64,000 nt of DNA from an uncultured Planctomycetaceae bacterium (GCA_963833985.1 CAWIAD010000001.1:1472001-1536000); one strand, 5' to 3'. Numbered from the stretch's first letter, positions 21,308 through 32,677 are shown. The notes: generated by a model not told the origin, from the letters alone. Numbers and translations: made by a program.

Positions 21308-21700
21308 ACCGCCGGTTTGCACCGGAGCGTGATCTGTTGAGAGACTCCCGGCCTGGGCTCATCGGGCTGGGAGTCTTCCCATGCGCGGAACTCGAACGCC
21401 GCTGTGCATCGGAACTCTCACTTCAAAACACCCGTGGTTGGTGCGAGGGTTACGCCGAGCCGCGTGACATGCGATCCGGCACGAGCCTCGCGCTCCCGGA
21501 AATCCTCTCGGCCTGCCCGTCCACGAGCGGCAGGCTGCGGTCAGCAGGAACCAAGGCCTGTGCCTGAAGCAGGGTGTACATGGAGCGGGATGTCCTGTGA
21601 GGAGCATACGCAGACGCCCGGTCCGCCACCGTCTCGCACCCTGACATGCTCGTCTCTATTTGCGTGCATCTTCGGTTCTGACCGACGCGAGAACGGCTTT

Positions 21701-21716
21701 TGGCACGGCGAATGCT
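21701..21716 (+). promoter_or_regulatory. Sigma54 (-24/-12) promoter
   Basis: TGGCACGGCGAATGCT closely matches TGGCACG-N4-TTGCW, ~110 nt upstream of ATG 21827. Confidence 0.7.
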
Positions 21717-21826
21717 TATTAAGTTACATAGAACCGGAGCAGGTTCCTCAATTCACAGCACCCGCGGGTTCGAGTTCGAGACCTTCTTCGAGCTGCCCGC
21801 CGTCCTGGTTGTTACACGAGGGACGT

Positions 21827-23214
21827 ATGAAGGAGAGAAAACGAGTACGTATGGCGTTTCGGCCATGCGTCCGCCAGGCGTTTCTGGAAGACCGGCTCGT
21901 TCTCAACGGTGGCGGAGCCGGTGTGCCGGGGGCGGTGCAGGCGGCCGCGGCCCATGTGGCCGTGCTTCAAGCGCCCGCGAGCCCCTTCGTGACGGGCTAT
22001 GCTCCGGCTGCGCAGGTGGCAAGTGCGGCAACGGCCGCAGCCGCCGCACCTTCGGGCTCGCTTCTGCAAGGAAACGTCGGCGGGCTGACCAGCAATTCCG
22101 TCACGGGTTCAGGCGGCGGCGGATCGAACCAGATCGTGCTCACGGGACCGGGCAGCCAGGCAGGTGTGGGGTCCTCCGGCGGGAGCACCCAGGCAAGCAC
22201 CACGACACCCGGCCTGGAAGGCAGCGGATCTTCTGTGACCGGTCTATCCGGCTTCAACAGCACGACGTCCATCCCGCTTGGCATCACGCTGAATTACTCG
22301 CTCTACTCCCCGGGGACCGCCTTGCCGGCGATTCCCACCGGGCCGCTTCCCGGTGTACTCGGTACGCCCCACAGCGCCATTGGCTACTGGGGTTTTACAA
22401 GTGGATTTGCCAATGGGTTCTACTCGTTCCGATCCTCGACCATGAGGTCGACAGCCTTTTTCAACAGTGCGAATCGGGGCTATTTCCGGCTGAGCGAGAC
22501 CTTCCAGGGCGGCTATGGCTTCACCCCGCCCACCCTGGCAGGCAACGGCAACGGCATGGGAACAGCCGGCATCGGCTCCAGCCCGGGGGGCGCGGGCGGC
22601 ATCGGCACCGAACCGGGCGGCATTGGCACCGGTGGGCTCGGCGGACTGCGTGCCGTCGGCACGCGCAACAGCGTGGGCGGCCTCGGCAGTGGCGGCCTGG
22701 GCGGGGGCGGTACGTCGGTCGGCCATTATGGCAAGGGACGCAATCTCAACGAGCCGCCCGCGACGCCAGGCGCCGAGCCGCAGGCGCGCCGGTCTCCCCG
22801 GCGACGAACGGTACCAGCGCGGCTCCCGGCACTCCCGGCACGCAGAACGGAGCGCAGGGAACGCCCGAAGGCGCGCAGGGAACGGCGGTAGGTAACGGCA
22901 ACGGCACACCTGGAAGCGGTGCCGTCAGTGGTGCCGGCGCCGCGGGAACGCCTGCCTCGGGCACGGGCGCGCCCACCGCGCCGGCACCGACGACCGGTGT
23001 CCCCGGCGGAGGAACCGGAACAGGACCAGGGGCGACCGCCGCGCCCGCGGGGGGCAACAGTGGTGCGGCTGCCGGCCCGGGCACGGCAGGATCCTCCGGC
23101 GGCGGCGGTGCGGGCGGTGCCGGCAGCGGCGCAGGCGGACGCGGAAACTCCGCCGGAACGGACGCCGGAACAGGGGGGAGGGACGTTCCCGGCCCCGGTC
23201 CCGGCGGCCCCTGA
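21827..23214 (+). CDS. Secreted Gly/Ala/Thr/Pro-rich protein with LEDR motif (paralogue 2), frameshift at ~22777
   Basis: MKERKRVRMAFRP..LEDRLVLN; shares the PTG..GF..GF.NGFY.F..GFT.PTL.G block with paralogue 1; the G/A/T/P tail continues in another frame to TGA 23214. Confidence 0.78.
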
Positions 23215-23471
23215 TCGGATCGCCACGCCCAGAACTCCTCGCGAGCAACGATCCCCGGCCCGTCGCCGAACGGCTGGGGATCGTTGCTTTTGAGCACGCC
23301 GATGCTGAAATCCGACCTGGCAACTCTGTGCGTCGAGTTTGCCTGGATCTCGGCTGCGGACGCATCGTCGCGGGTGAGCCGCTCGTTGACGGCCCCCGGC
23401 GGGGCATTTAGGGTAAAGGATGTGTGGTGGGCCATGACCTGAGGATGCTCCTGCCCCGGATGAGGTGGTTC

Positions 23472-24684
23472 ATGATGAAGCGCGAGCTTTCGCGTGCGAT
23501 CGGGTTGCTGCTGGTGGCTGCGTGCACGGCCAGGCCGCAGGCGTTGCCCACATCGGCGACCATCGAGAGTATCCCCATCCAGCTCACGATGCCGGAGCGC
23601 TACCAGGTGGTCGCCGTGCTGGACCCGGTGCGGAAGGTCGTTCTGATTGCACCCGCCGACGGCACCATCCGTGCGATCAGCGCACCCCTGGGAAACGTCT
23701 TGCGTGGTGGCGCCGAGGTCGCCCAGCTCGACCGCACCGAAGCGCTCGCCCGGCTCAAGCTGGCGCAGGCTGAGGCCAAGGAAAAGCAGATCCTCGGCCG
23801 TTCGAACCAGAACTACAAGGAGGTCTACGCCGCCCAGCTCGAGGCCGCCCAGGCAAAAGTGGAGCTGGCCCAGCTGGACCTGGACCGCCTGACCTTGAGA
23901 GCACCATTCGCTGGCCGGATCACCGCGCTGCCGGTCAGCTCCGGCCAGTACGTGCTCAAGGGAACGGTCATCGCGGAGCTCTCGGACATCACCAGCCTGC
24001 GCGCTGGTGCCGGTCGATCGCCGTTCGGCCACGGATCGGGCCGACCTGAAGGTCTTCGTCGAGGAACAGGAGCAGGCCGCGAAGGTCCAGTCAATCCTTC
24101 CCCTGCCCGAGAGCTACGCCCCTCTCCGCCAGCTCGCCGCCCCTTATGCCGCGGCCTGGGTCATCGTCCCGAATGATAAAGGTACGCTGGCGGCCGGCAT
24201 GCGAGTACGCAGCGCCAACTTGCCGGTCACGCCCATCGCCACGGTGCCCCGGGAGGCATTGAAGAGCACGGAGGGGCGTGGCGGATCGGCGGCCTCGATG
24301 GTCCAGGTGCTCCGCAACGAGTACGTGACGAACGTGATGGTGGATGTGCTCGGCAAGATCGGCTCGGAGCGTCTCCAGGTGACCGGCGCACTGCGGGCGA
24401 CCGATTCCCTCATCGTCTCCTCGTCCACAGCGCTTTTGCCCGGGACACTCGTGCGGTTCACGCAGGGCCCCACGCAGACCGTGGAAGGAACCACTCCCGA
24501 CCCCGCGCAGCAGGGCAGCGATGCCGGAATTGCCCCTCCCTCACGCGGACAGTCCGCCGTCTCCTCCCCGGCCTCCGGACGATCCCCGGCTGGTTTGCCG
24601 CCCGCGGGTCAACCAGTTCGACCGCCGGTTGCAACCCCCCCTTCACAGGCTGGCGGGCAGGGGCAGGGCTCGCCACCCTTTTGA
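23472..24684 (+). CDS. Efflux RND/HlyD-type periplasmic adaptor (membrane-fusion protein), frameshift at ~24003
   Basis: IAPADGTI, coiled coil, [14 protein letters not shown] lipoyl half-motifs, GMRV; frames join as [11 protein letters not shown] if CG is restored. Confidence 0.85.
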
Positions 24685-24710
24685 ATGAACTTCTCGGAGC
24701 CAAAGCGCCC

Positions 24711-25814
24711 ATGAAGATCCGTCGCATCACGGCGTACCGGGTTGAGCTGCCTCTGGTGGAGGGCTCCTACCGCTGGTCCGGCGGCAAGTCTGTCACCGTC
24801 TTCGACAGCACGATCGTGCGGGTCGAGACGGATGCGGGAATCGTTGGCCATGGCGAGGTCTGCCCGCTGGGGCCGTCTTACCTGCCGGCCTACCCGTCGG
24901 GCGTCCGCGCGGGCCTTGCCGAGCTTGGTCCGCACCTGATCGGCGAGGACCCCAGGGCACTGGAGCGGCTGAACCGGCTCATGGACGCGGCGCTGAAGGG
25001 CCATCCCTACGTCAAGTCGGGCATTGACATGGCCTGCTGGGACATTCTGGGCCAGGCCGCCGGCCTGCCGGTGTGCACGCTCCTGGGGGGCCGCCACGGG
25101 GACGACTTCGTCCTCTACCGGGCCATCTCGCAAGAGTCGCCCGAGGAAATGGCCAGCAAGGTGGCCGGCTATCGTGACCAGGGCTACCGGCGGTTCCAGC
25201 TCAAGGTGGGCGGAGATCCTGCCGCCGACATTGCCCGCATCCGGTCCGTCGCCAGCGTGCTGAAGCCCGGCGACCGGCTCGTCGCCGATGCCAACACCGG
25301 CTGGCTGATGCACGACGCGGCGCGTGTCGTGCGTGCGGTCCGAGATATCGACGTCTATATCGAGCAGCCCTGCGCGAGCTACGAAGAATGCCTGTCAATT
25401 CGCCGCCGGACCGACCATCCGCTGGTGCTCGACGAGTCGATCGACAGCCTGAATGCCCTGCTGCGCGGCCATGCGGACCGGGCCATGGATGTGGTGAACC
25501 TGAAGATCAGCAAGCTGGGCGGCATGACCAGGCTCCGCCAGGCGCGCGACCTGTGTGTCTCACTGGGGATCGCCATGACCATCGAGGATAGCTGGGGCGG
25601 CGACATCGTCACCGCGGCGATCTCCCATCTGGCCCACAGCACGCCGCCCGAGTTGCTGTTCACCGCGACGGATTTCAACAGCTATGTGACGGTGAGCACC
25701 GCCGAGGGCGCCCCGCGTAGGCACAACGGCCGCATGGCGGCAGCAACGGCCCCGGGTCTGGGTGTTGCTCCGAAAGCAGAGGTCCTGGGAGCACCGGTGC
25801 TGGAGATCGCCTGA
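24711..25814 (+). CDS. Mandelate racemase/muconate lactonizing enzyme family (resembles cis-3-hydroxy-L-proline dehydratase / Hyp-betaine epimerase group)
   Basis: [51 protein letters not shown]. Confidence 0.88.
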   Translation: MKIRRITAYRVELPLVEGSYRWSGGKSVTVFDSTIVRVETDAGIVGHGEVCPLGPSYLPAYPSGVRAGLAELGPHLIGEDPRALERLNRLMDAALKGHPYVKSGIDMACWDILGQAAGLPVCTLLGGRHGDDFVLYRAISQESPEEMASKVAGYRDQGYRRFQLKVGGDPAADIARIRSVASVLKPGDRLVADANTGWLMHDAARVVRAVRDIDVYIEQPCASYEECLSIRRRTDHPLVLDESIDSLNALLRGHADRAMDVVNLKISKLGGMTRLRQARDLCVSLGIAMTIEDSWGGDIVTAAISHLAHSTPPELLFTATDFNSYVTVSTAEGAPRRHNGRMAAATAPGLGVAPKAEVLGAPVLEIA

Positions 25815-25946
25815 GGCCGGAATCCGCATCCGGCGCTGAAATAAGTCGCCGCGCTCCGCGAATGTTCCAGCAAGACAACGCAGGCATCTCCGGACGCATC
25901 GTCGCGGCCGGTCTCGCGGCCTGGTCAAACATCTCGAGCATGGGTC

Positions 25947-26831
25947 ATGATCAACTACATCTCCGGTCTCGTCTTCGTGGTGCTGCTGCTGCTGGGAGGC
26001 GTGGCCACGATTGTCGTGGGCCAGCAGAATGCGGCCATGGCTTTCCTCTTCGCGCTTGGCTGGCTGTTCCTCGACGTGGTCGTCTCGTCGTCGATCCGGC
26101 TGGCCGCGCAGTGGGAGAAGGCCGTCGTCTTCCGCCTGGGCAAGTTCCACACCATTAAGGGCCCGGGCCTGTTCATGATCATTCCGCTCATCGACCAGAT
26201 CCGCATGGTTGATACGCGCGTGCTGGCGGTGAGCATCCCCAAGCAGCAGGTCATCACGCGAGATAATGTTCCCGTGACGATCGACGGCGTGCTCTTCTTC
26301 CGGGTGGGAAACGCGGCCGAGGCAATCATCATGGTGCAGGATTACCGCTACGTGATCTCGCAGTACGCCCAGACCTCGCTGCGCGACGTGATCGGCCAGA
26401 TGACGCTCGACCAGCTGCTCACAGAGCGCGAGGAAATCGCCAAGGCGATCGAGCACCACGTCGAGAACGACACCAAAGGCTGGGGCCTGGAAGTCACCGG
26501 CCTGCGGATCCAGGACGTGGACATGCCCGAGGAGCTGAAGAAGATGATGTCGCGGCAGGCCTCCGCCGAGCGCGAGAAGCGGGCCACCATCACCAAGGCC
26601 GAGGGCGACAAGGAGGCCGCCGTGAACCTGGCCCTGGCCGCGCGGACCATGGCCGAAAGCCCCGGCGCCATGCAGTTGCGCACGCTCCAGACGATCGACG
26701 GCCTGGGCCCAACGGCCTCGAACACGGTGGTCCTGGCGGTGCCCATCGACGTGCTCGAAAGTCTTGGTTCGCTCAAGGACGCGTTCCGCAGCAGGGGCCA
26801 TGAGACAGGCTCGATCGCTCCGCCGGCGTGA
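25947..26831 (+). CDS. SPFH/band-7 (slipin/stomatin-like) membrane protein
   Basis: Two N-terminal TMs, VVFRLGK, GPGL, ITRDNV, QTSLRDVIG, RQASAERE, AMQLRTLQT. Confidence 0.93.
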   Translation: MINYISGLVFVVLLLLGGVATIVVGQQNAAMAFLFALGWLFLDVVVSSSIRLAAQWEKAVVFRLGKFHTIKGPGLFMIIPLIDQIRMVDTRVLAVSIPKQQVITRDNVPVTIDGVLFFRVGNAAEAIIMVQDYRYVISQYAQTSLRDVIGQMTLDQLLTEREEIAKAIEHHVENDTKGWGLEVTGLRIQDVDMPEELKKMMSRQASAEREKRATITKAEGDKEAAVNLALAARTMAESPGAMQLRTLQTIDGLGPTASNTVVLAVPIDVLESLGSLKDAFRSRGHETGSIAPPA

Positions 26832-26946
26832 TGTCCGGCGGGGTTTATCGCAGCTAGAGCCGCGCTGCCATGACGGCACGGATCGCTCGGTCGAGCCCCG
26901 GCTCCGATTCATCTCGAAGCTAAATAGCTCCCCGTAAGAGGGAAAG

Positions 26947-27000
26947 TGTGGAACGGCCGCCCTCGGCCGTCCTGAGCCAGCCGAGGGCGGCTGGCCCACA
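26947..27000. repeat. REP-like inverted doublet / strong hairpin
   Basis: TGTGG-AACGGCCGCCCTCGGCCGT ... CCAGCCGAGGGCGGCTGG-CCCACA; GCCGCCCTCGGC pairs with GCCGAGGGCGGC. Confidence 0.65.
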
Positions 27001-27017
27001 TTCCAAGAGGCGAGGAT

Positions 27018-27275
27018 CTATTTAGTCATCCTTGATGGCCATGACCTCGGGCCCCTCGCGGCGTTCGCTGGCAAACCGAGAAGCTCCTTCAGCCTCGCTC
27101 TTGCCTTGCACAAGGCCACCCTCACGGCATCCGTACTGATACACAGAGCCAGGGCGATCTCGCGAATGCCCAGTTCACAGAAGTCGCAGATGGCCCAGCG
27201 CTCGCCCTGCGAGGTCAAACGCCATGGGCGCGCCGGTTCGCACGATGGATTCCCAGTGTCCCCGCCTACCATCAC
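27018..27275 (-). pseudogene. Sigma-70 region-4-like HTH fragment
   Basis: LGIREIALALCISTDAVRVALCKARARLKELL resembles ECF region 4; no region 2 upstream. Confidence 0.5.
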
Positions 27276-27434
27276 GTCATGACCCTACCCTGGCGGACGA
27301 CCGATGGAGAACGTCCAGAAGACTTGTCGTGCCAAGGGCCGGGAGATTACTGTCACAAGAGCCGAATTCAAGGTTCATCGAGAACCCGGGCCTGTTACCA
27401 TCGGCATGGGGAAACGATCAGGGGGGATGGACCA

Positions 27435-28623
27435 GTGCATAGGCATCCGAGTTCCGGCCTCACGCTTCTGGCTTGCATCTTGGTTGGAACGCTCTCCGGC
27501 AGCCACGCTCGGAGCGAAGATGCTGATTCGCTCTCCTGGAGCCCGAAGAAGGCGGCTGCCTACCTGGACGAACGGGCTGAGTGGTGGCTCACGTGGAGCG
27601 GGGCAGCCCGGGGGCAGGCGACAGTGTGCGTCTCCTGCCACTCCGCGCTGCCCATCGCTCTGGCACGTCCGGCTCTGGGCGATGCCCTGGGGGAACAAGC
27701 CGCCGGCGCGATCGAGCAACGACTCATCGACACCATGAAGAAGCGGGTCCAAAACTGGGAGCGGATCGTTTCCGATGAGAGACTCCGGCACGGATCGCTT
27801 GATTCCCTACTACGCGGACAAGGAGGAGGCTTCGATCGGGACCGAGGCTGTCCTGAATGCGCTGATCCTGGTCAATCACGATGCCCGCCGGTCCAAAGGC
27901 GTCCTGAACGCAACCACCAGGAAGGCGCTGAGGCACCTGTGGGAACAGCAGCAGGAGAATGGGGCGTGGCTCTGGCTCGATTTTGGCCTGAACCCGTGGG
28001 AAAAGGACGGGGCCTACTACGGGGCCTGCCTCGCCGCCATCGCGGTCGGGTCGGCCGGTAAGGCTTACGGCAACCAGCCCGAAATCCAGTCGAGGCTCGC
28101 GGCGCTCAAGAAATACCTGAACGCGGACTACATCAAGCAGCCGCTCCACCATCGCGCCATGGGCCTCTGGGCGTCCGCCGTATTGCCGGCGATTCTGACG
28201 GAGACCGACAAGCGGGCGTTGATCGCGGAACTCCTGGACAGCCGCGAGGCCGATGGCGGCTGGAGCCTCGCGAAACTGGGCAAGACGGGTGCGGGAGCCA
28301 GCCCGTGGAAGGCGCAGGGGGTTTACCCTGAAGGGGCCGTCAGCGACGGCTACGCCACCGGGCTGATCGTGCTGGTGCTCCGACGTGCGGGTGTTGCCGC
28401 GGATCACCCCGCGCTCAAGGGAGCCACCGACTGGCTTGTCACCCACCAGCAGGACGGGACCTGGCCGGCCTGCTACCTCAACAAGGCACGAGACCCGGAA
28501 AGCAACACCGGAAAGTTCATGCGCGACGCCGCGACCGCGTTTGCTGCCATGGCCCTCAGCGAGGTCGCCGGATCCGGCCAGGGCGACGCACGGAGCGTCC
28601 GACCTCTCGAACGGCGGCCGTGA
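27435..28623 (+). CDS. Secreted prenyltransferase/squalene-cyclase-repeat (alpha/alpha barrel) protein with CxxCH, frameshift at ~27780
   Basis: AAAYLDERAEWW, CVSCHS, QW-type repeats QQENGAW, READGGW, HQQDGTW, SDGYATGL. Confidence 0.78.
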
Positions 28624-28838
28624 CGGCCGGGCCGATGCCGCCTTACCGTCAGCGGTGCCGCCGGACCTACCGGCCGCATTCCCGGTCAGCATCGAATTCC
28701 CGATACGTCGCCGGTAAGCGACCTCACTTCCCGGCGGTCTGATGCGCCGAACCTGCTTGCCCGGTGCGATCCGCGGATCAGGCGCTCACGGCGCCTTCCA
28801 CGACGCTGGACCGAGAAACTCTTCTTGTTCCTCGGTGC

Positions 28839-28884
28839 TTGACAGTCCACCTCGCACTTTTGTATTGCTGTATTAATACAAAAG
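28839..28884 (+). promoter_or_regulatory. Sigma70 -35 box plus palindromic GntR(YtrA)-type operator
   Basis: TTGACA at 28839-28844; CTTTTGTATT-N8-AATACAAAAG perfect 10-bp inverted repeat at 28857-28884 overlapping the -10 region. Confidence 0.7.
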
Positions 28885-28909
28885 AGTGCCTGTAGGGGAC
28901 GCTCAGGCG

Positions 28910-29314
28910 GTGCAGATTCATATTTCGACCACTGATGGCGTGCCGATCTACCTCCAGATCGTCAACCAGGTGAAGTACCTGGCGGCCGCGGGGCAGCTTG
29001 CGCCTGGGGAGGAGCTGCCGCCCATCCGCGTTCTGGCCGAGCGGCTGGTGGTGAACCCGAACACGGTCGCACGGGCGTATCGCGAGCTCGAACTCGAGGG
29101 CATCGTCGAGAAGCGGCGGACGGCGGGAACATTCGTCTCGGGCAGTGTTCCGCGGCTGAACCGGCGAGAGCGGATCAAGATCCTCAACCAGCGCATCGAC
29201 GCCCTGCTGGCCGAGGCCCGGCAACTGGATATTCCGATTGCGGAGGTCGTCGACCTGATTCGTCGTCGCGAGCAGGCGATGCAAGGTCCCAAAGGAGCGC
29301 AGCAGCATGAGTGA
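28910..29314 (+). CDS. GntR family regulator, YtrA subfamily
   Basis: PIYLQI, LPPIRVLA..L.VNPNTVARAYRELE..G, GTFV; short C-terminus; precedes ABC genes. Confidence 0.93.
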   Translation: MQIHISTTDGVPIYLQIVNQVKYLAAAGQLAPGEELPPIRVLAERLVVNPNTVARAYRELELEGIVEKRRTAGTFVSGSVPRLNRRERIKILNQRIDALLAEARQLDIPIAEVVDLIRRREQAMQGPKGAQQHE

Positions 29315-30224
29315 CGAGCGTCCCGAAAACGTGGTCGAGGTGCGCGGGCTGTCGCGCCGGTTCGGCCGCACGCTGGCTCTGGACCATATCGATCTGGACA
29401 TTCCCCGCGGGGCCGTGTTTGGCCTCGTCGGCGAGAACGGCGCGGGGAAGACCACGCTCATCAAGCACATGCTCGGCCTCCTGAAGGTCCAGTCGGGCAA
29501 GGTGCGCGTCTTCGGCCGCGACCCGGTGCTCGATCCGGTCGGCGTGCTGGCGCGGGTGGGGTATCTGAGCGAGGACCGCGACCTTCCGGAATGGATGTCC
29601 GTTGGCGAGCTGCTACGCTATCTGAAGGCGTTTTATCCCTCCTGGGACGACGCCTTCGCCGAGAGCCTGCGGCAGCGGTTCGAGCTCGGCCCGCCCGCAC
29701 GGATCAAGGGCCTGTCGCAGGGACAGCGGGCGCGTACCTGCCTGCTGGCGGCCATGGCTTACCGCCCTGAGTTGCTCGTACTCGACGAGCCATCGACGGG
29801 CCTTGACCCGATCGTCCGCCGCGAGATTCTTTCGGCCATCATCCGCACCGTCGCCGACGAGGGCCGGACGGTGCTCTTCTCGTCGCACCTGCTCGACGAG
29901 GTGGAACGGATGGCCGACTGGATCGCCATGATCGACCGCGGCAAGATCGTTCTCTGCGGTCCGCTCGACGAGGTCAAAGCGGCGCACCGTCGACTCACCT
30001 TCCGTTTCGAAGAGCCGCGGAGCCAGCCGCCAGAGCTCTCTGGTGCGCTGGCGTTCGAGGGCTTCGGCCGCGACTGGACCACGGTGTGCCGGGCACCATC
30101 GGAGTCTCTTGCGGGCGAGGTTTCCGGGCTCGGCGCCCAGGTGATCGACGAGGAGATCCCCTCGCTCGACGAGATCTTCGTGGCGCGGGTCCGGTCTCGA
30201 CAGCCTGTGACCCAGGAGAACTGA
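29307..30224 (+). CDS. ABC transporter ATP-binding protein (YtrB-like)
   Basis: GENGAGKTT, LSQGQ, LDEPSTGLDP, SSHLL. Confidence 0.94.
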   Translation: MSDERPENVVEVRGLSRRFGRTLALDHIDLDIPRGAVFGLVGENGAGKTTLIKHMLGLLKVQSGKVRVFGRDPVLDPVGVLARVGYLSEDRDLPEWMSVGELLRYLKAFYPSWDDAFAESLRQRFELGPPARIKGLSQGQRARTCLLAAMAYRPELLVLDEPSTGLDPIVRREILSAIIRTVADEGRTVLFSSHLLDEVERMADWIAMIDRGKIVLCGPLDEVKAAHRRLTFRFEEPRSQPPELSGALAFEGFGRDWTTVCRAPSESLAGEVSGLGAQVIDEEIPSLDEIFVARVRSRQPVTQEN

Positions 30225-30227
30225 CCG

Positions 30228-31865
30228 ATGAGCTCACCTCCGTTCGCGATCGTCTGGCAGCTCTGGACGCGGCACCGGGCAGGCCTGGAGATCTCGGCAG
30301 CCATCCTGCTGCTCATGGTGCTGGTTGTCCCACCGGCACTCCATGCCATCGACTCGCCGGCTTTTGTCATGTTCTCGATGATTCCCAGCCTCGTCATCGC
30401 GACGTATGTGGCCAACCTGCTGACTTTCAGCGACGAAGTGGGCAGCTTCACCTCGGGATATCCGCGCAGGATGTTCGTGCTGCCGCTGCCGACGCGCACG
30501 CTCGCGCTCTGGCCCATGCTGGTTTCCATGGCCGTGATCGTCGTGCTCTGGCTGGTGATCTCCGTATTCATCTATCAACGCGGGGGTTATCACCCGCCCG
30601 TTCTGCTGCCTGCCATCGCGCTGGCCGTGACCGTGGCGTGGAACCAGGCCATGTGCTGGATGCCGTTCCGGAGCCAGCTTGTGCAGGTTTACTGCATGCT
30701 CGCTGGCCTTGGGCTGCTGGTCGGTCTGCCGTCCTGGTCGCTCGTCACGAAGACCCTGCCAGTACCCGTGCTGGCGACGATCGGTCTCCTTGAGCTGCCA
30801 ATCATTTACGCCCTGGCGGTCCTGGGTCTCCGGCATGCCCGCCGCGGGGATGACTGGTCGCTCGGCTTGAGTGATATCAGCGACGCCTACTGGTCAATCT
30901 TCGATCGGCTGACTCGGCAGCCGCCAAGCTTTCGCTCGGCTTCACGGGCGCAGCTCTGGTTCGAAGCGCGCTGCCACGCGTGGACCATCAAGGGCATGGC
31001 GCTCTTCGCACTCCTGATGACCTTCTCCCTCGCCATCTGGTCGCCTGCCCGCGCGGGCAACAAGGTGACCTTTGGAATCACGCTCGCCTGTCTCGCCGGG
31101 GCGCCGCTGTTCATGGTCGGCTCGATGGGAGTCGAACTGGGACGCATGCATCCGATCCGGGTCAAGAGGCAGGCTTCCTTGACCTTCCTGGCCGTCCGGC
31201 CCATACGCACCGGCGCGATGATTACCTCGAAGTATCGCGTGGCGGCCCACTGCGTGTTACAGGTGTGGCTGCTGTCCCTTGTGCTCACGGGTTGCTGGGT
31301 CGTGCTCAAGGGATACACCGCCGACATGGCCGAGCTGTTCGAGACGTTCTTCCGTTATTACCCGGGAGTCAAGGGCTGGGCGATTCTCGGGCTGGCCAGC
31401 GTGCTGGGGCCGGTCCTGTCCTGGAAGCTGCTCACCGACAGCCTCGTTCCTGTGCTGACGGGCCGAAAGTGGTTGGCCGACGGTGCCGTGCTGGTGAATC
31501 TCGTGCTGCTTGCCGGCCTGGTCGCCGCGGGTCTCTGGGCCTCGAGCCATCGAGACGTGGTGCAGCGGTTCCTCCCCTGGCTGACCTGGGCGACCGTCTT
31601 ATGGGTGCTCCTGAAGGTGGTTCTGACGGCGGTGATCATTCGACTGGCCCTCCGCCGAAGGATCATCGGCGTCCGCGAGGTCTTCACGCTCGCTGCCGTC
31701 TGGCCCCTGACGGCGATTGCGGTGATGACCTTCGTCCATCTGCTCTTGCCACCGCAGGGACTGCCCGTGCCGAGGGCCGCTGTCCTGCTCTCATCGCTGA
31801 GCGTGCTGCCGCTGGCCCGGTTCGCCCTGGCGCCTGTGGCGCTGGACTGGAACCGGCACTGGTGA
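30228..31865 (+). CDS. Polytopic membrane protein, probable ABC permease
   Basis: ~12 hydrophobic segments, internal two-fold duplication (LPLPTRTL / VRPIRTGAM), operon position. Confidence 0.85.
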   Translation: MSSPPFAIVWQLWTRHRAGLEISAAILLLMVLVVPPALHAIDSPAFVMFSMIPSLVIATYVANLLTFSDEVGSFTSGYPRRMFVLPLPTRTLALWPMLVSMAVIVVLWLVISVFIYQRGGYHPPVLLPAIALAVTVAWNQAMCWMPFRSQLVQVYCMLAGLGLLVGLPSWSLVTKTLPVPVLATIGLLELPIIYALAVLGLRHARRGDDWSLGLSDISDAYWSIFDRLTRQPPSFRSASRAQLWFEARCHAWTIKGMALFALLMTFSLAIWSPARAGNKVTFGITLACLAGAPLFMVGSMGVELGRMHPIRVKRQASLTFLAVRPIRTGAMITSKYRVAAHCVLQVWLLSLVLTGCWVVLKGYTADMAELFETFFRYYPGVKGWAILGLASVLGPVLSWKLLTDSLVPVLTGRKWLADGAVLVNLVLLAGLVAAGLWASSHRDVVQRFLPWLTWATVLWVLLKVVLTAVIIRLALRRRIIGVREVFTLAAVWPLTAIAVMTFVHLLLPPQGLPVPRAAVLLSSLSVLPLARFALAPVALDWNRHW

Positions 31866-31881
31866 CCACCCCGGGCTCGAG

Positions 31882-32652
31882 TCAACCTGCCATGGGGGCA
31901 TGCGTCGCGCCCAGGTAGGCCTCGATCACCTGCTCGATCGGCCCGTCGGCGACAAGCCGGCCATGGTGCAGCCAGAGCCCTCGGGTACACACCTGGCGCA
32001 GCGTGCTCATGTCGTGAGAGACCAGGATCACGGCGTGCGAGCGGTCGAGGAGACGGAGGATTCGCTGCTTGGCCCTGTCCTGGAAGGCGGCGTCGCCCAC
32101 GCCGAGCGCCTCGTCGATGATGAGAATCTCCGGATCGATCTCGGTGGCGACGGCAAACGCCAGCCGCATGTACATGCCGCTGGAATAGTACTTCAGCGGC
32201 AGGTCGGCGAACTCGCGCAGGCCCGTGAACTCGTGAATGCCTTCCACCTTGGAAAGCATCTGTTTACGTGAAAAACCCAGCATGGCTCCGTTGTAGAGGA
32301 TGTTGTCGAAGCCGGAGAGCTCGATGTTGAAGCCCGCGCCCATCTCGATGAGCGGTGCCACGTTGCCGCGGACCTCGACGCTTCCAGTGGTCGGCGGATA
32401 GATTCCCGCCAGCACCCGCAAGAGGGTGCTCTTGCCCGCGCCGTTGCCCCCCACGATGCCCACGCGCTCGCCGTGATGGATCCGCAAGCCGATCTCCTTG
32501 AGCGCCCAGAATTCGGACACGGGCGCCGGCGACTCGCGCCTCAGCACCAGGTCGAGCACCGCGCGCTTGAAGGAGTACTGCTTGTCCGAATAGCTCACGA
32601 ACCGGAGCGACACGCCGCGCAGCTCGACGAGCGGCTGCGACTTCGCTTGCAA
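31882..32652 (-). CDS. Polysaccharide-export ABC ATPase (Wzt/TagH-like); start uncertain
   Basis: FWALKEI, GGNGAGKSTLL, YSSGMYMRLAF, IDEALGVGD; no C-terminal carbohydrate-binding domain. Confidence 0.9.
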   Translation of the reverse strand: MQAKSQPLVELRGVSLRFVSYSDKQYSFKRAVLDLVLRRESPAPVSEFWALKEIGLRIHHGERVGIVGGNGAGKSTLLRVLAGIYPPTTGSVEVRGNVAPLIEMGAGFNIELSGFDNILYNGAMLGFSRKQMLSKVEGIHEFTGLREFADLPLKYYSSGMYMRLAFAVATEIDPEILIIDEALGVGDAAFQDRAKQRILRLLDRSHAVILVSHDMSTLRQVCTRGLWLHHGRLVADGPIEQVIEAYLGATHAPMAG

Positions 32653-32677
32653 TGCCGGCGCGGCTGGAGCCAGCGGC

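Noticed and set aside
32261..32275. parS-like TGTTTACGTGAAAA
   Set aside because: One base short of the 16-bp palindrome, mismatched, and inside wzt coding sequence.
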